Positions 1-8,747 of a DNA stretch of 64,000 nucleotides are shown in pieces. The stretch comes from an uncultured Chloroflexia bacterium (GTDB lineage: Bacteria; Chloroflexota; Anaerolineae; Anaerolineales; UBA4823), in contig CAWIYB010000003.1 in NCBI GenBank assembly GCA_963840255.1, forward strand, positions 67,077 through 131,076, in the 5' to 3' direction. Position 1 is the first letter of the stretch. Each line of letters starts with the position of its first letter. The notes under the pieces are model-generated. The model saw only the letters and a list, made by a program, of their open reading frames with translations, did not search any database and was not told the origin of the DNA. Position numbers and translations under genes: made by a program.

Positions 1-336
1 TTCCGGCAGTTCTTATACAAGGAAGGCTCTGCCAATTGGGTTGAAGTGGGTCGCACCTTTGACCTCACAGCAGTCTATTCGGATACAGGCACGATAGCCA
101 ACCTAGCACCTGGTCAGACTTTCTCAATGACGATTGCTTATTCGGATACCCAACCAGGTCCATCGATCGAAGCAACCCTGGCGATTAACAATTGGGATGG
201 GTTAAGTTGGAACAGAGAACCCACCAGCACGTTGGATACCGTTAATCACCTCATCTCAGCCACTCCAGGTCACTTATCCCGCTGGGCAGTATTGGGTGAG
301 CCAAAGATGGTCTTATTGCCGGTTATTGGCAGGTAA
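1..336 (+). CDS. 3' end of a probable secreted/surface protein ending in a VLLPVIGR motif (partial)
   Basis: Frame is open from base 1 (FRQFLYKEG...) to TAA at 336; beta-rich sequence with a terminal LPV motif. Confidence 0.75.
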   Translation, partial: FRQFLYKEGSANWVEVGRTFDLTAVYSDTGTIANLAPGQTFSMTIAYSDTQPGPSIEATLAINNWDGLSWNREPTSTLDTVNHLISATPGHLSRWAVLGEPKMVLLPVIGR

Positions 337-367
337 AATACATAAAGGAGTCAGAAGCAGTTTATTT

Positions 368-1114
368 ATGGGCCAATCAATATTACTTGGGCAGAACCAG
401 CAGCTCCAAAAAGTTCCGCAGGCGATGTGGAAGCAACATCTAGCACAGGTTCCGGAACATGCACCGGCCCGGCTGAGCTTCATGACGGAGGCACATCAGC
501 GGGTGCGCAATTTCGTAGTAAAGGAGCTGGCGCTCAGGCAGCAACCGCTGGAGCCAAAATATATCTCCGAGAATTTAGATCTGCCCTTGGACCAGGTGAC
601 AAGGATCCTGGATGAGCTGGAAAAAAAGCTCTTCTTCCTGGTGCGCAACGGGCAAGGTGCAGTCACATGGGCTTATCCTGTTACCGTAGAGGTTACCCCT
701 CACCGGCTAAGTTTTGACAGCGGGGAAAAATTGTATGCTGCCTGAGCAGAAGATGCCATAGCGGCGCCCTTCGTGCAAGGGAAGCTACACAACAAGGCAA
801 TTTCGGTGGTAATAGAGACCAGGTGCGTGCATTGCGATCGAAGCTTGCACATCAAGGTTGACAGTAGTATGAAGGTATTTGTGCGTGAGCCAGACGCAAC
901 ACCGCTGGTGTTCATGCCAGATATGGACTGGGAACATTTTACCCAGCGGACGATCATCGACGCCTACTGACGGAACACCGTCTTCTTCTGGTCAGAAGAA
1001 CACGCCAGGGAATACCGCTTGAAGGTGATGCAAGTCAATGGAGTTTATTTAACGCTGGAGCAATGTGTGTACATGACGCCTATCACTCAAGGAGCACTGT
1101 TCGGATTTAGATAA
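368..1114 (+). CDS. MerB-like (alkylmercury lyase family) putative selenoprotein with two in-frame UGA (Sec126, Sec201), 248 aa
   Basis: ORF-track pieces 296-745 and 773-970 and the segment 971-1114 share one frame. LYAA-U-AED matches MerB YAWCALD; DAY-U-RNTVFF matches MerB FCxxVHFF. N-terminal HTH and AYPVT..TPHR segment present. A hairpin follows each UGA. Confidence 0.85.
759..787 (+). promoter_or_regulatory. Candidate bacterial SECIS 1 (for UGA 743-745)
   Basis: TAGC-GGCG-CCCTT-[CGTGC]-AAGGG-AA-GCTA; 26 nt between UGA and loop; G at loop position 2. Confidence 0.6.
979..1004 (+). promoter_or_regulatory. Candidate bacterial SECIS 2 (for UGA 968-970)
   Basis: CGT-C-TTCTTCT-[GGTC]-AGAAGAA-C-ACG; 19 nt between UGA and loop; GGUC loop resembles the E. 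coli fdhF SECIS apical loop. Confidence 0.7.
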
Positions 1115-1295
1115 CCATGGTCGGGCAAGACAAGGATTGGGAAAGAAATTGCGCTGGAATTATATCTCAAGCTTAAAGTTTAGTGAGACGAGATTTCGTA
1201 TGAGATAATTGGGCATAATTGATAGACATTGTCATTTTCCACATTTTTTATAGGTATGGAAAGAAGCGGGGCAATATTGGTATGGGAACTCTCTA

Positions 1296-2738
1296 ATGAA
1301 TATTTTAGTAGCAGGTGCGAGCGGATATATCGGCGGAAAGCTCGTCCCACGTCTGGAGGCGCTGGGGCACCACGTGATCTGCCTGATGCGCAATCCTGTG
1401 TCTGGGTATCGCCACACCTGGGGCGAGGTTGAAATCCGGCGGGGTGATCTGCTCGAGGCGGCAAGCCTGCCTCCGGTAATGCAAGGGGTGGAGGTAGCTT
1501 ATTACCTGGTGCACTCGATGGCAGATGGAGTGCACGGCTTTATTGAGAGGGATTATGCTGCGGCGGAGAATTTCAGCGCTGCAGCCCAGTCGGCTGGAGT
1601 GAAGCGTATCATTTACCTGGGCGGATTGGGAGATCGTGACAGAATGATTTCTCCACATTTGGAAGCACGCCAGCGGGTGGGGGATGTGCTGCGGCTCTCG
1701 GGCGTGCCGGTGACCGAGTTTCGGGCTGCCATCGTCATTGGCTCAGGCAGCATGTCGTTCGAGATGATCCGCTATATCACCGAACGGCTGCCCATCCTGT
1801 TCACCCCCAAATGGATCTCCACCCTGTGCCAGCCGATTGCCATCGAGAACGTGCTGGATTACCTCACCTGCAGCCTGGATGACTCGCGTTCCACGGATGC
1901 CATATTTGAAATCGGCGGGCCGGATGTGCTGACCTATGAGGACATCCTGCGCGGCTACGCAGCCGCACGGCGGCTCAACCGCAAGCTGGTGCAGCTGCCC
2001 TTCCTGAACACGTCCATTTTAGCCATCGGTGCCGACGTGATCACCCCGCTCCCGCCTGCGTACCTCCATATCCTGATTGACGGCTTGAAGAACGAGGTGA
2101 TGGTGCGCAACCCACACGCCCAGGATGTTTTCAACTTGGATCTCATCTCATACAATAACGCACTAAATCGAGCACTTCAACGGGATGGAACTGGTGAGGT
2201 TGAATCTTATTGGGCTGGAGCGAGGGCAGGTTTACCAGCAGGACGGACGCATAAGAACACCGAGGGCATGTTCATCGAGCAGCTGCGGATGAAGACCAGC
2301 GCTCCAACCGAGGCGATTTATCGAATTTTTAGTGCCATCGGCGGAAAGCAGGGCTTTTATTTTGGAGCTTGGCTTTGGAAGCTACGCGGGATGTTGGATA
2401 GACTGGTTGGCGGACCAGGCATGAGGCGCGGGCGGCGCGATCCGCATGACCTGCGGACCGGGGATGTGGTGGGTGGTTATAGCGTCGAAATGGTGGAGCC
2501 TGGGCGGATGCTGCGCTTGCGGAACGAAATGAAAGCACCCGGCCCAGCCTGGATGCAATTCGAAGCCGTTGCTGCAGAGGGTGGGAAAACAATGTACGTC
2601 CAAACGGCGTTCTTCGAACCCCATGGCCTGGCAGGTGTGTTCTATTGGTATGGGCTGTACCCTTTCCACCAGGTCATATTTAATGGACTGGCGAGCGCCA
2701 TTGTCAGGCGAGCTGAGACCCTCGACCAGCTGAGCTGA
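1296..2738 (+). CDS. NAD(P)-binding SDR/epimerase with C-terminal DUF2867 (YbjT-like)
   Basis: GASGYIG Rossmann motif, YYLVHSM; C-terminal W.LRG.LDRLVGGPG and FEPHGLAG. Confidence 0.85.
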   Translation: MNILVAGASGYIGGKLVPRLEALGHHVICLMRNPVSGYRHTWGEVEIRRGDLLEAASLPPVMQGVEVAYYLVHSMADGVHGFIERDYAAAENFSAAAQSAGVKRIIYLGGLGDRDRMISPHLEARQRVGDVLRLSGVPVTEFRAAIVIGSGSMSFEMIRYITERLPILFTPKWISTLCQPIAIENVLDYLTCSLDDSRSTDAIFEIGGPDVLTYEDILRGYAAARRLNRKLVQLPFLNTSILAIGADVITPLPPAYLHILIDGLKNEVMVRNPHAQDVFNLDLISYNNALNRALQRDGTGEVESYWAGARAGLPAGRTHKNTEGMFIEQLRMKTSAPTEAIYRIFSAIGGKQGFYFGAWLWKLRGMLDRLVGGPGMRRGRRDPHDLRTGDVVGGYSVEMVEPGRMLRLRNEMKAPGPAWMQFEAVAAEGGKTMYVQTAFFEPHGLAGVFYWYGLYPFHQVIFNGLASAIVRRAETLDQLS

Positions 2739-2836
2739 CATTTTTTCACCCTGTCGCAAGGATTATAATCACGCATGAGACTGGAAGGGCATCCTCCAGC
2801 TTTCGGGATATTTGAGATCGTATAAAGGAGTAAGTT

Positions 2837-3298
2837 ATGGCTATCGATTGGGAGGCTTGGAAGTTCTTGCTGGGAGAGTGGGAGGGTGGGAACGAAGCCG
2901 ACCCTGGACAGGGCTATGGCTGGTTCTCATTCAGCCTCGAGTTGGATAAAAACATCCTGGCGCGCCGGAGCCGGACCATCTTCCCGACCACCCCCGAGCG
3001 CCAGGGATATACCCATGACGACCTGCTGTTCATATATACTGAATTTACCGAAAAAAAACGAGCCATCTATTTTGATAACGAGGAGCATACGATCCATTAT
3101 GAGGTCAGCATCGAGCCTGATGAGCAGAGCATCATTCTCGAGAGCGACCCCATCCCCTCAACACCACAGTTCAGATTCACCTATACCAAGACGGGAGATG
3201 ATACCCTGAACGCCAGGTTTGAGATGACTCCGCCGGGCGAGCCGGGGACGTGGTTCGTTTACCTCGAAGGGAGCTCCAAACGGATTAAACCGAAATGA
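2837..3298 (+). CDS. Hypothetical beta-barrel-type protein
   Basis: RBS AAGGAG; FLLGEWEG start, AIYFDNEEH. Confidence 0.7.
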   Translation: MAIDWEAWKFLLGEWEGGNEADPGQGYGWFSFSLELDKNILARRSRTIFPTTPERQGYTHDDLLFIYTEFTEKKRAIYFDNEEHTIHYEVSIEPDEQSIILESDPIPSTPQFRFTYTKTGDDTLNARFEMTPPGEPGTWFVYLEGSSKRIKPK

Positions 3299-3840
3299 CC
3301 AGTTACATTTCTCTGCTGAGAGGTATAAATGTAGGGACGCAGAAAAGAATGTCCATGGAGACCTTGCGTGGAATCTACATGGATCTGGGATTTATGAACG
3401 TGCGCACCTATGTGCAAAGTGGGAATGTGGCTTTTGAAAGCCAGGCTGTGAGCAGGTCAGATTTGGTCAAGTGTATCGAGTCACGGATTGAGCAATTTTG
3501 TGGATACCACGTGGAGGTCTTCGTTCGCCAGGCCGATGAACTTCAACGCTTGTTGAGGAGCAATCCATTTCTGACAGTCAGAAACGAGGACCCAAGTAAG
3601 CTGCACGTGAGCTTCTATTATCAACCGCCGGTAGAATCCATGCTGAGTAAATTGACGGCACCAACTGACATAACAGATGAATTCGCCTTGGGTGAGATGG
3701 CGGTCTATTTGTTCTGTCCAACAGGGTATGGAAAAACGAAGCTATCGAACAGCTTTTTCGAGCGGAAACTGGGCATATCGGTTACCACGCGCAATTGGAA
3801 CACGGTGAACGCATTGTATAAGATGGCAGTCGAAAACTAG
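3295..3840 (+). CDS. DUF1697 family protein
   Basis: LLRGINVG, TYVQSGNV, TTRNWNTV signatures. Confidence 0.9.
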   Translation: MTSYISLLRGINVGTQKRMSMETLRGIYMDLGFMNVRTYVQSGNVAFESQAVSRSDLVKCIESRIEQFCGYHVEVFVRQADELQRLLRSNPFLTVRNEDPSKLHVSFYYQPPVESMLSKLTAPTDITDEFALGEMAVYLFCPTGYGKTKLSNSFFERKLGISVTTRNWNTVNALYKMAVEN

Positions 3841-3848
3841 AATTGCTT

Positions 3849-3880
3849 GTAGGGGCACGAAATTTCGTGCCCCTACTTTT
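3849..3880 (+). terminator. Perfect 28-bp palindrome plus T-run: intrinsic terminator, GTAG-type REP-like
   Basis: GTAGGGGCACGAAA|TTTCGTGCCCCTAC then TTTT, 8 nt after the stop codon. Confidence 0.75.
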
Positions 3881-4023
3881 ACAGAAGCTGTAGGATGCGA
3901 CCAGGAAGAACAGCTTCACGATCGAGATAAGCGCTTACTTGGTTATAACCCGATGGAAGGAGAAGATCGCTTCGACCTGCAAGTATCGCAGGTCGTCCCC
4001 GTAAATCAACGGGGATAAACGCG

Positions 4024-4431
4024 ATGACAACGAAGAATATGCTTCCCGAACGCTATATCGAAAAACATCTTCAACTAGTGCCGCCTGACCTGCGAGATAT
4101 CGTGCTCGAGATCAGGAACATCGTCGCTGACGTCGCTCCCGCTGCCACTGAATGCCAGCACAGCCGGGGGTTCAGCTATTATTTCAAGGAACGCGGTGGA
4201 CCGGTGAGTGCGGGCATCTGCCAGATCGGCATATTTCCTGACCACATCCGCCTGGGCTTTATCCATGGTGCCTTTCTGCCCGATCCGCAGGGATTACTGG
4301 TCGGCGAGCCAAAGTATAAAAAACATGTACGCATTTACCATTATGAGGATGCTCCCTGGGATTACCTGAGAGAGCTGATCCTGAGGTCATCGCGATTTGA
4401 CCCGTACACGTTAAAGGAGCGTGCAGCGTAA
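4024..4431 (+). CDS. DUF1801 (YdhG-like) family protein
   Basis: HIRLGFIHGAFLPDPQGLLVGE..KHV motif. Confidence 0.75.
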   Translation: MTTKNMLPERYIEKHLQLVPPDLRDIVLEIRNIVADVAPAATECQHSRGFSYYFKERGGPVSAGICQIGIFPDHIRLGFIHGAFLPDPQGLLVGEPKYKKHVRIYHYEDAPWDYLRELILRSSRFDPYTLKERAA

Positions 4432-4883
4432 TGAATATACATCGCATACCAATCCTAATGCTTGGAATGATATTGCTCATTAACCTGGCAGCATGCACCG
4501 ATCAAGACGTGCAACCTACCATCCCTTTATCCATCCCGACCGAAACAACCACCCAAGCAACCAGCCTTCTTGCCACACCTTATTCACAGCAACCGGCAGC
4601 CGGGATCTGCGCCAGCTTTGAGGGGCAAGTGGTCACGGTGACCCTGAACCAAGACATCCCGGACCCACGATGTGCTAAAGTAACGGCAGACCAAACGCTA
4701 ACGGTTATCAATAATACCCAAAGTTCACTTCAGATCGCGATCGGCAGGTTTACTTCCAGCCTTGCGCCGGGTGAAAATAAGACCATCGACACCCCATTTG
4801 GGGAGTATCTTGCTCTCGGTGTCCATCAGCTGCAGGTATCTCCCTGCTGCGGAGCAGAGCTGTGGCTGGAGGAAACCAAGTAA
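4431..4883 (+). CDS. Putative lipoprotein with cupredoxin-like C-terminal domain
   Basis: Signal peptide with LAAC lipobox, Thr/Pro linker, beta-rich C-terminus. Confidence 0.6.
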   Translation: MNIHRIPILMLGMILLINLAACTDQDVQPTIPLSIPTETTTQATSLLATPYSQQPAAGICASFEGQVVTVTLNQDIPDPRCAKVTADQTLTVINNTQSSLQIAIGRFTSSLAPGENKTIDTPFGEYLALGVHQLQVSPCCGAELWLEETK

Positions 4884-4928
4884 AACAGCGCTCAAAGATC
4901 GATCTTGAATGGTTGCCTTGACCCAACG

Positions 4929-6083
4929 ATGAGGAAAACCCTTCCTTTTTCATTTTATTTTGTCTATTTCGCTGCGGCTGCTTTTTTACAGCCTTACATC
5001 TTCCTCTATTTCCAGGAATTGGGCTTCAGCGGAGCTCAAATCGGCTTACTGGCAGGCATCGTGCCATTAATACTCATGGTTGGGTCAACCTTCTGGACAG
5101 GTTTGGCAGATGCGAAGCTGCGACACAAGCTGATCATGAGCCTGACCATCCTGGTAAGCGTACTGACCATGGTCATTTTTCCCTTCGTGAAGATGTTCAC
5201 ACTGCTCATCCCGGTAATAATTATCTATGCCCTGTTCGCCGCGCCGGTCACATCCTTCGCCGATAGCGCTACCATGGCCATGCTGGCAGACAAAAAGGAC
5301 ATGTATGGCCGGGTCAGGATGGGAGGCACGATTGGTTGGGGGGTGATTGCACCAATCGCAGGCATAATCATTGATCGATACGGCATCCCGTGGGCATTTT
5401 GGGGTTATTCAGCGATCATGATCTTCACCCTGGTCCTCTGCCAATGGTTCACCTTCGGGCAAGGTAGCGTGCGTGAACCCATGCTGGCAAATTTCCGCAA
5501 ATTACTGACTGACCGGAGATGGGTACTTTTCCTCAGCCTGATGTTCCTCGGTGGTGTCTCCTTCACCGTCGTCAACAATTACCTGTTCCCCTATATGGAA
5601 CAGCTTGGCATAAGCCGGTCGACTATGGGGATGGCGCTATTTATCGCCACGTTATCCGAGCTGCCAGTCCTGTTTTTCTCCAAGAACCTGATCGACCGGT
5701 TCAAGGCGCAGGGATTGCTTTTCATAGGCATGTTCATTACGGGTGTACGCCTGATCCTTTATGCAGCGCTAAATTATCAGTCAGGCATCCTCATCTTCCA
5801 GCTGATCAGCGGTCTCACCTTCCCACTGGTTTGGGTGGCAGCTGTGTCTTATGCCAATGACATCTCTCCTGAAGGTTTGAAAGCCACCGGGCAGGGATTA
5901 GTGGGAGGTATTACATTTGGTATCGGTTCTGCAGCGGGAGGAGTCATCGGTGGGCTGCTGCTCGGGAGTGTTGGCGGTCAGGCAATGTTCCTGGTGATAG
6001 GATTAGTGGTGCTCCTGGGCATGGCAATGATCTTCCTCCTTGAGAGGAACCAGAATGCTCGCCAGGTGCAGGGAATAGACTGA
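4929..6083 (+). CDS. MFS transporter (MFS_1-like)
   Basis: About 12 hydrophobic segments; YGRVRMGGTIGW motif. Confidence 0.85.
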   Translation: MRKTLPFSFYFVYFAAAAFLQPYIFLYFQELGFSGAQIGLLAGIVPLILMVGSTFWTGLADAKLRHKLIMSLTILVSVLTMVIFPFVKMFTLLIPVIIIYALFAAPVTSFADSATMAMLADKKDMYGRVRMGGTIGWGVIAPIAGIIIDRYGIPWAFWGYSAIMIFTLVLCQWFTFGQGSVREPMLANFRKLLTDRRWVLFLSLMFLGGVSFTVVNNYLFPYMEQLGISRSTMGMALFIATLSELPVLFFSKNLIDRFKAQGLLFIGMFITGVRLILYAALNYQSGILIFQLISGLTFPLVWVAAVSYANDISPEGLKATGQGLVGGITFGIGSAAGGVIGGLLLGSVGGQAMFLVIGLVVLLGMAMIFLLERNQNARQVQGID

Positions 6084-6634
6084 TGTATGCGTATTTACCC
6101 CCATTACTGATCGGGTTTACTTTCAACGCTGTCAGTGCATTTACCGCCTTCTATTCCCGGCATTTAGGAGAACGCGGCGGCAGAGTGGCATGCATTATAT
6201 TTAGAGATATCCTTGGAATACCGGTGTGGGTTATAGGTTATGCCCTGGCAGTGTTATCGTCTTCATCGCTGCTGTTCACCCGCACCTTGGTCTCATCTGT
6301 AATAGCGTGGTTTCTGCTCCTGGCAGGGGTGGTGATTATCCTCGCCGGTCGGGTTTCGATCCGCTGGCGGGCAGTGGCACCATCAACCCGGGATACGCTC
6401 GTCACTGATGGGATATATGCCCATATCCGCCATCCAATTTACTCGGGACTAGCCCTTGAGCTGATCGGGTTATTTCTATGGTTGCCAACAATGGATGTGT
6501 TCATCGCCTGTTTATTAGGGTTGAGCTGGGTGCTCGTCCAGGCCAGGTTAGAAGAAATGGACCTCGTCGACCGCCTGCCCGAATATAAGGATTATATGCA
6601 GCGAGTGCCGCGTTTCATCCCCCGGTTAAGGTAA
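6083..6634 (+). CDS. Isoprenylcysteine carboxyl methyltransferase / PEMT family membrane protein
   Basis: LVTDGIYAHIRHPIY, RLEE..L, Y..Y..RVPRFIP. Confidence 0.85.
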   Translation: MYAYLPPLLIGFTFNAVSAFTAFYSRHLGERGGRVACIIFRDILGIPVWVIGYALAVLSSSSLLFTRTLVSSVIAWFLLLAGVVIILAGRVSIRWRAVAPSTRDTLVTDGIYAHIRHPIYSGLALELIGLFLWLPTMDVFIACLLGLSWVLVQARLEEMDLVDRLPEYKDYMQRVPRFIPRLR

Positions 6635-6679
6635 ACCTGGTTGGGCATAACAGCTCGCCCATCGATGGGTTATAACTTA

Positions 6680-7165
6680 TTATTGTAGTGAGATCGAAAT
6701 ATCAGCCCTGATCTGGATTGGTGTAGCTAACGCAAGGCGCCTGGCAGTATCCTTCAGGAACTCCCCACTTTCAGACTGGATATCAGGAAACAGCTCAGCC
6801 ACCGGCACCGCCCGATGGACATGCTGCCATAGGTCCGGGTCGATGACCCTGCCGTCAAACAGGATGATATCAATGTCGATGGTTCGGGAAGCATTTTTAT
6901 CATCAGTACGCACCCTCCCCATCTGTGCTTCCAGTGGTCGAAGGACCTGTTCTTTTAGTTCAGCAGCACCGAGCGGTGTGGATATTCGCACAGCCAGATT
7001 GAGAAAATCAGGGTAGCAGCAGTCCACCGAGGCTGACTCCCAAATGGATGAGACCGTGTGGATGGTCACTTTATCCTTCAGCAGGTCCACCGACTGGGGA
7101 ATATTTAAATCAGGTTGGATGTTCGAGCCGAGTAGGAGGCAAGCTTGATGGAGAGTCGCATTCAT
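6680..7165 (-). CDS. folK: 2-amino-4-hydroxy-6-hydroxymethyldihydropteridine diphosphokinase
   Basis: LLGSNI, FLNLAV, LEAQMGRVR, RTIDIDII. Confidence 0.85.
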   Translation of the reverse strand: MNATLHQACLLLGSNIQPDLNIPQSVDLLKDKVTIHTVSSIWESASVDCCYPDFLNLAVRISTPLGAAELKEQVLRPLEAQMGRVRTDDKNASRTIDIDIILFDGRVIDPDLWQHVHRAVPVAELFPDIQSESGEFLKDTARRLALATPIQIRADISISLQ

Positions 7166-7175
7166 CTCTGGCCTG

Positions 7176-7901
7176 CTAAATCAGGTGTCTACCACCGTCA
7201 ATGTGGATGATCTCCCCGGTGATATATTGCGGACCATCCAGAAGGAACACCAGCGCCTGACCCACTTCCGCAAGGTCTGCCCATCTTCCAGCCGGGACGT
7301 TTTTTAGGATATTCACCGGCGTGGTTCCGTTACTGGGTGGAAGAATCGCTCCCAGGGCTAAACCATTCACTGTGATGTTGGGTGCTAAAGCGACTGCAAG
7401 TGACTCTGTGAGTGCAGCGAGGGCAGACTTACTGATGGTGTACGCCAGATGGTCTCCGGCTGGACGTAAAGCCCGCCAATCGAGCATATTGACAATGCGC
7501 CCCGTGCTCTCTGTGGGCAGGTGGCGGGCAAATTCCTGGCTAAGCAGGAAGGGTGTAGTCAGGTTAACCATCAGGTGGTGGTTCCATTCCTCCAGTGTGG
7601 TGCCTTGCCAGGTATGGGTTCCGAAAATAGCGGCATTGTTGACCAGGGCAAATAATGGCCCAAACTCGTAGGCTTGCTGTATCAGGCTGCCCACCTGTGC
7701 CGGGTCGTTGAGGTCAGCCTGCTGCAGGTTTGCTCTTCTACCCAGAGTCGTAATCTCATCCCTCAGGCTCTCGGCTTCGGCTTGGGAGTGACCGTAATGA
7801 ATAACTACATCACCGCCAGCCCGGGCAACGGTCAGGGCGAGCTCCCGCCCAACCCGCAGTGCTGCCCCGGTAATGAGCACCAGTTTATTATTTAATGTCA
7901 T
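7176..7901 (-). CDS. Pteridine reductase-like SDR (FolM/PTR1-like)
   Basis: TGAALRVG, NNAA, YTISK; lies between folE and folK. Confidence 0.8.
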   Translation of the reverse strand: MTLNNKLVLITGAALRVGRELALTVARAGGDVVIHYGHSQAEAESLRDEITTLGRRANLQQADLNDPAQVGSLIQQAYEFGPLFALVNNAAIFGTHTWQGTTLEEWNHHLMVNLTTPFLLSQEFARHLPTESTGRIVNMLDWRALRPAGDHLAYTISKSALAALTESLAVALAPNITVNGLALGAILPPSNGTTPVNILKNVPAGRWADLAEVGQALVFLLDGPQYITGEIIHIDGGRHLI

Positions 7902-7986
7902 CTGGCCTTCCCTCTAGAATTTCAGGCTTTACTAAAAAGTAATTAAATATGAATATAATAAATGCTCCGCGATGATTCCCAGCCGG

Positions 7987-8631
7987 TTATTTCTTCCAAG
8001 TGGCCATGAACTCCTCACGCAGAGATGGCTCACTGGCATAATTACCGCGCCACACTGTGGTGCGGGTGATGGGAGCAATTTCTCGCACGCCTCGCATTTC
8101 CATGCACAAATGATGAGCCTCGAGATAGACAGCTACACCGCTGGGATGCAGCATCGTTTCCAATGCATCGGCGATTTCCTGACCGATGCGCTCCTGGACT
8201 GAAAAACGCCTCGAAAAGAGCCTTACCATGCGGGTAAGCTTGGAAAGGCCAATGATATTCTCATAGGCGATATAGCCAACATACGCCTGTCCGTAGAATG
8301 GGAAGACATGGTGTTCGCACAGTGAAAAGAAGTGAATGGGACCCTCAATCACCTGGCTCAAATTGCAGTCAGGCTCGCCCCTGCATTCCGTGCTGAAAAC
8401 CCGCAGCAGCTTCGGGTCGCCATCATAGCCCTGCGTGGCATCAAAGAGAGCTTTCACAAACCTGCGGGGAGTGTCTTGAGTGGATGGTGTATTACAATCC
8501 AACCCAAAGGCAGTAAAAATTTCCTCCATATACATTTCATACTTAGCGAATGCTTCGTTGGAAATTTGGCGTTTTTGTAATTTTAAGCTATCTTGAATGA
8601 CAAAGTCTTCAATATCGTCGGGGATATTCAT
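7987..8631 (-). CDS. folE: GTP cyclohydrolase I
   Basis: DTPRR, SLCEHH, GLSKL.R, QER, HLCMEMRG. Confidence 0.9.
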   Translation of the reverse strand: MNIPDDIEDFVIQDSLKLQKRQISNEAFAKYEMYMEEIFTAFGLDCNTPSTQDTPRRFVKALFDATQGYDGDPKLLRVFSTECRGEPDCNLSQVIEGPIHFFSLCEHHVFPFYGQAYVGYIAYENIIGLSKLTRMVRLFSRRFSVQERIGQEIADALETMLHPSGVAVYLEAHHLCMEMRGVREIAPITRTTVWRGNYASEPSLREEFMATWKK

Positions 8632-8747
8632 TGAATTCTCCTTTTCAATGCACGGCTGCCGCGCAATTATATTAATCTTCGCCTACACTTACGCAGGGTT
8701 GAAAATAATCCAGCAGGTATCAATGGTTATTGATAATTATAACGGGT

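Noticed and set aside
743-970. Genome-wide UGA reassignment (code 4 or 25) as the explanation for the in-frame TGAs
   Set aside because: Many full-length genes here end at TGA (for example 2738, 24600, 29373, 40503), Trp is encoded by TGG, and the two TGAs align with Cys positions.
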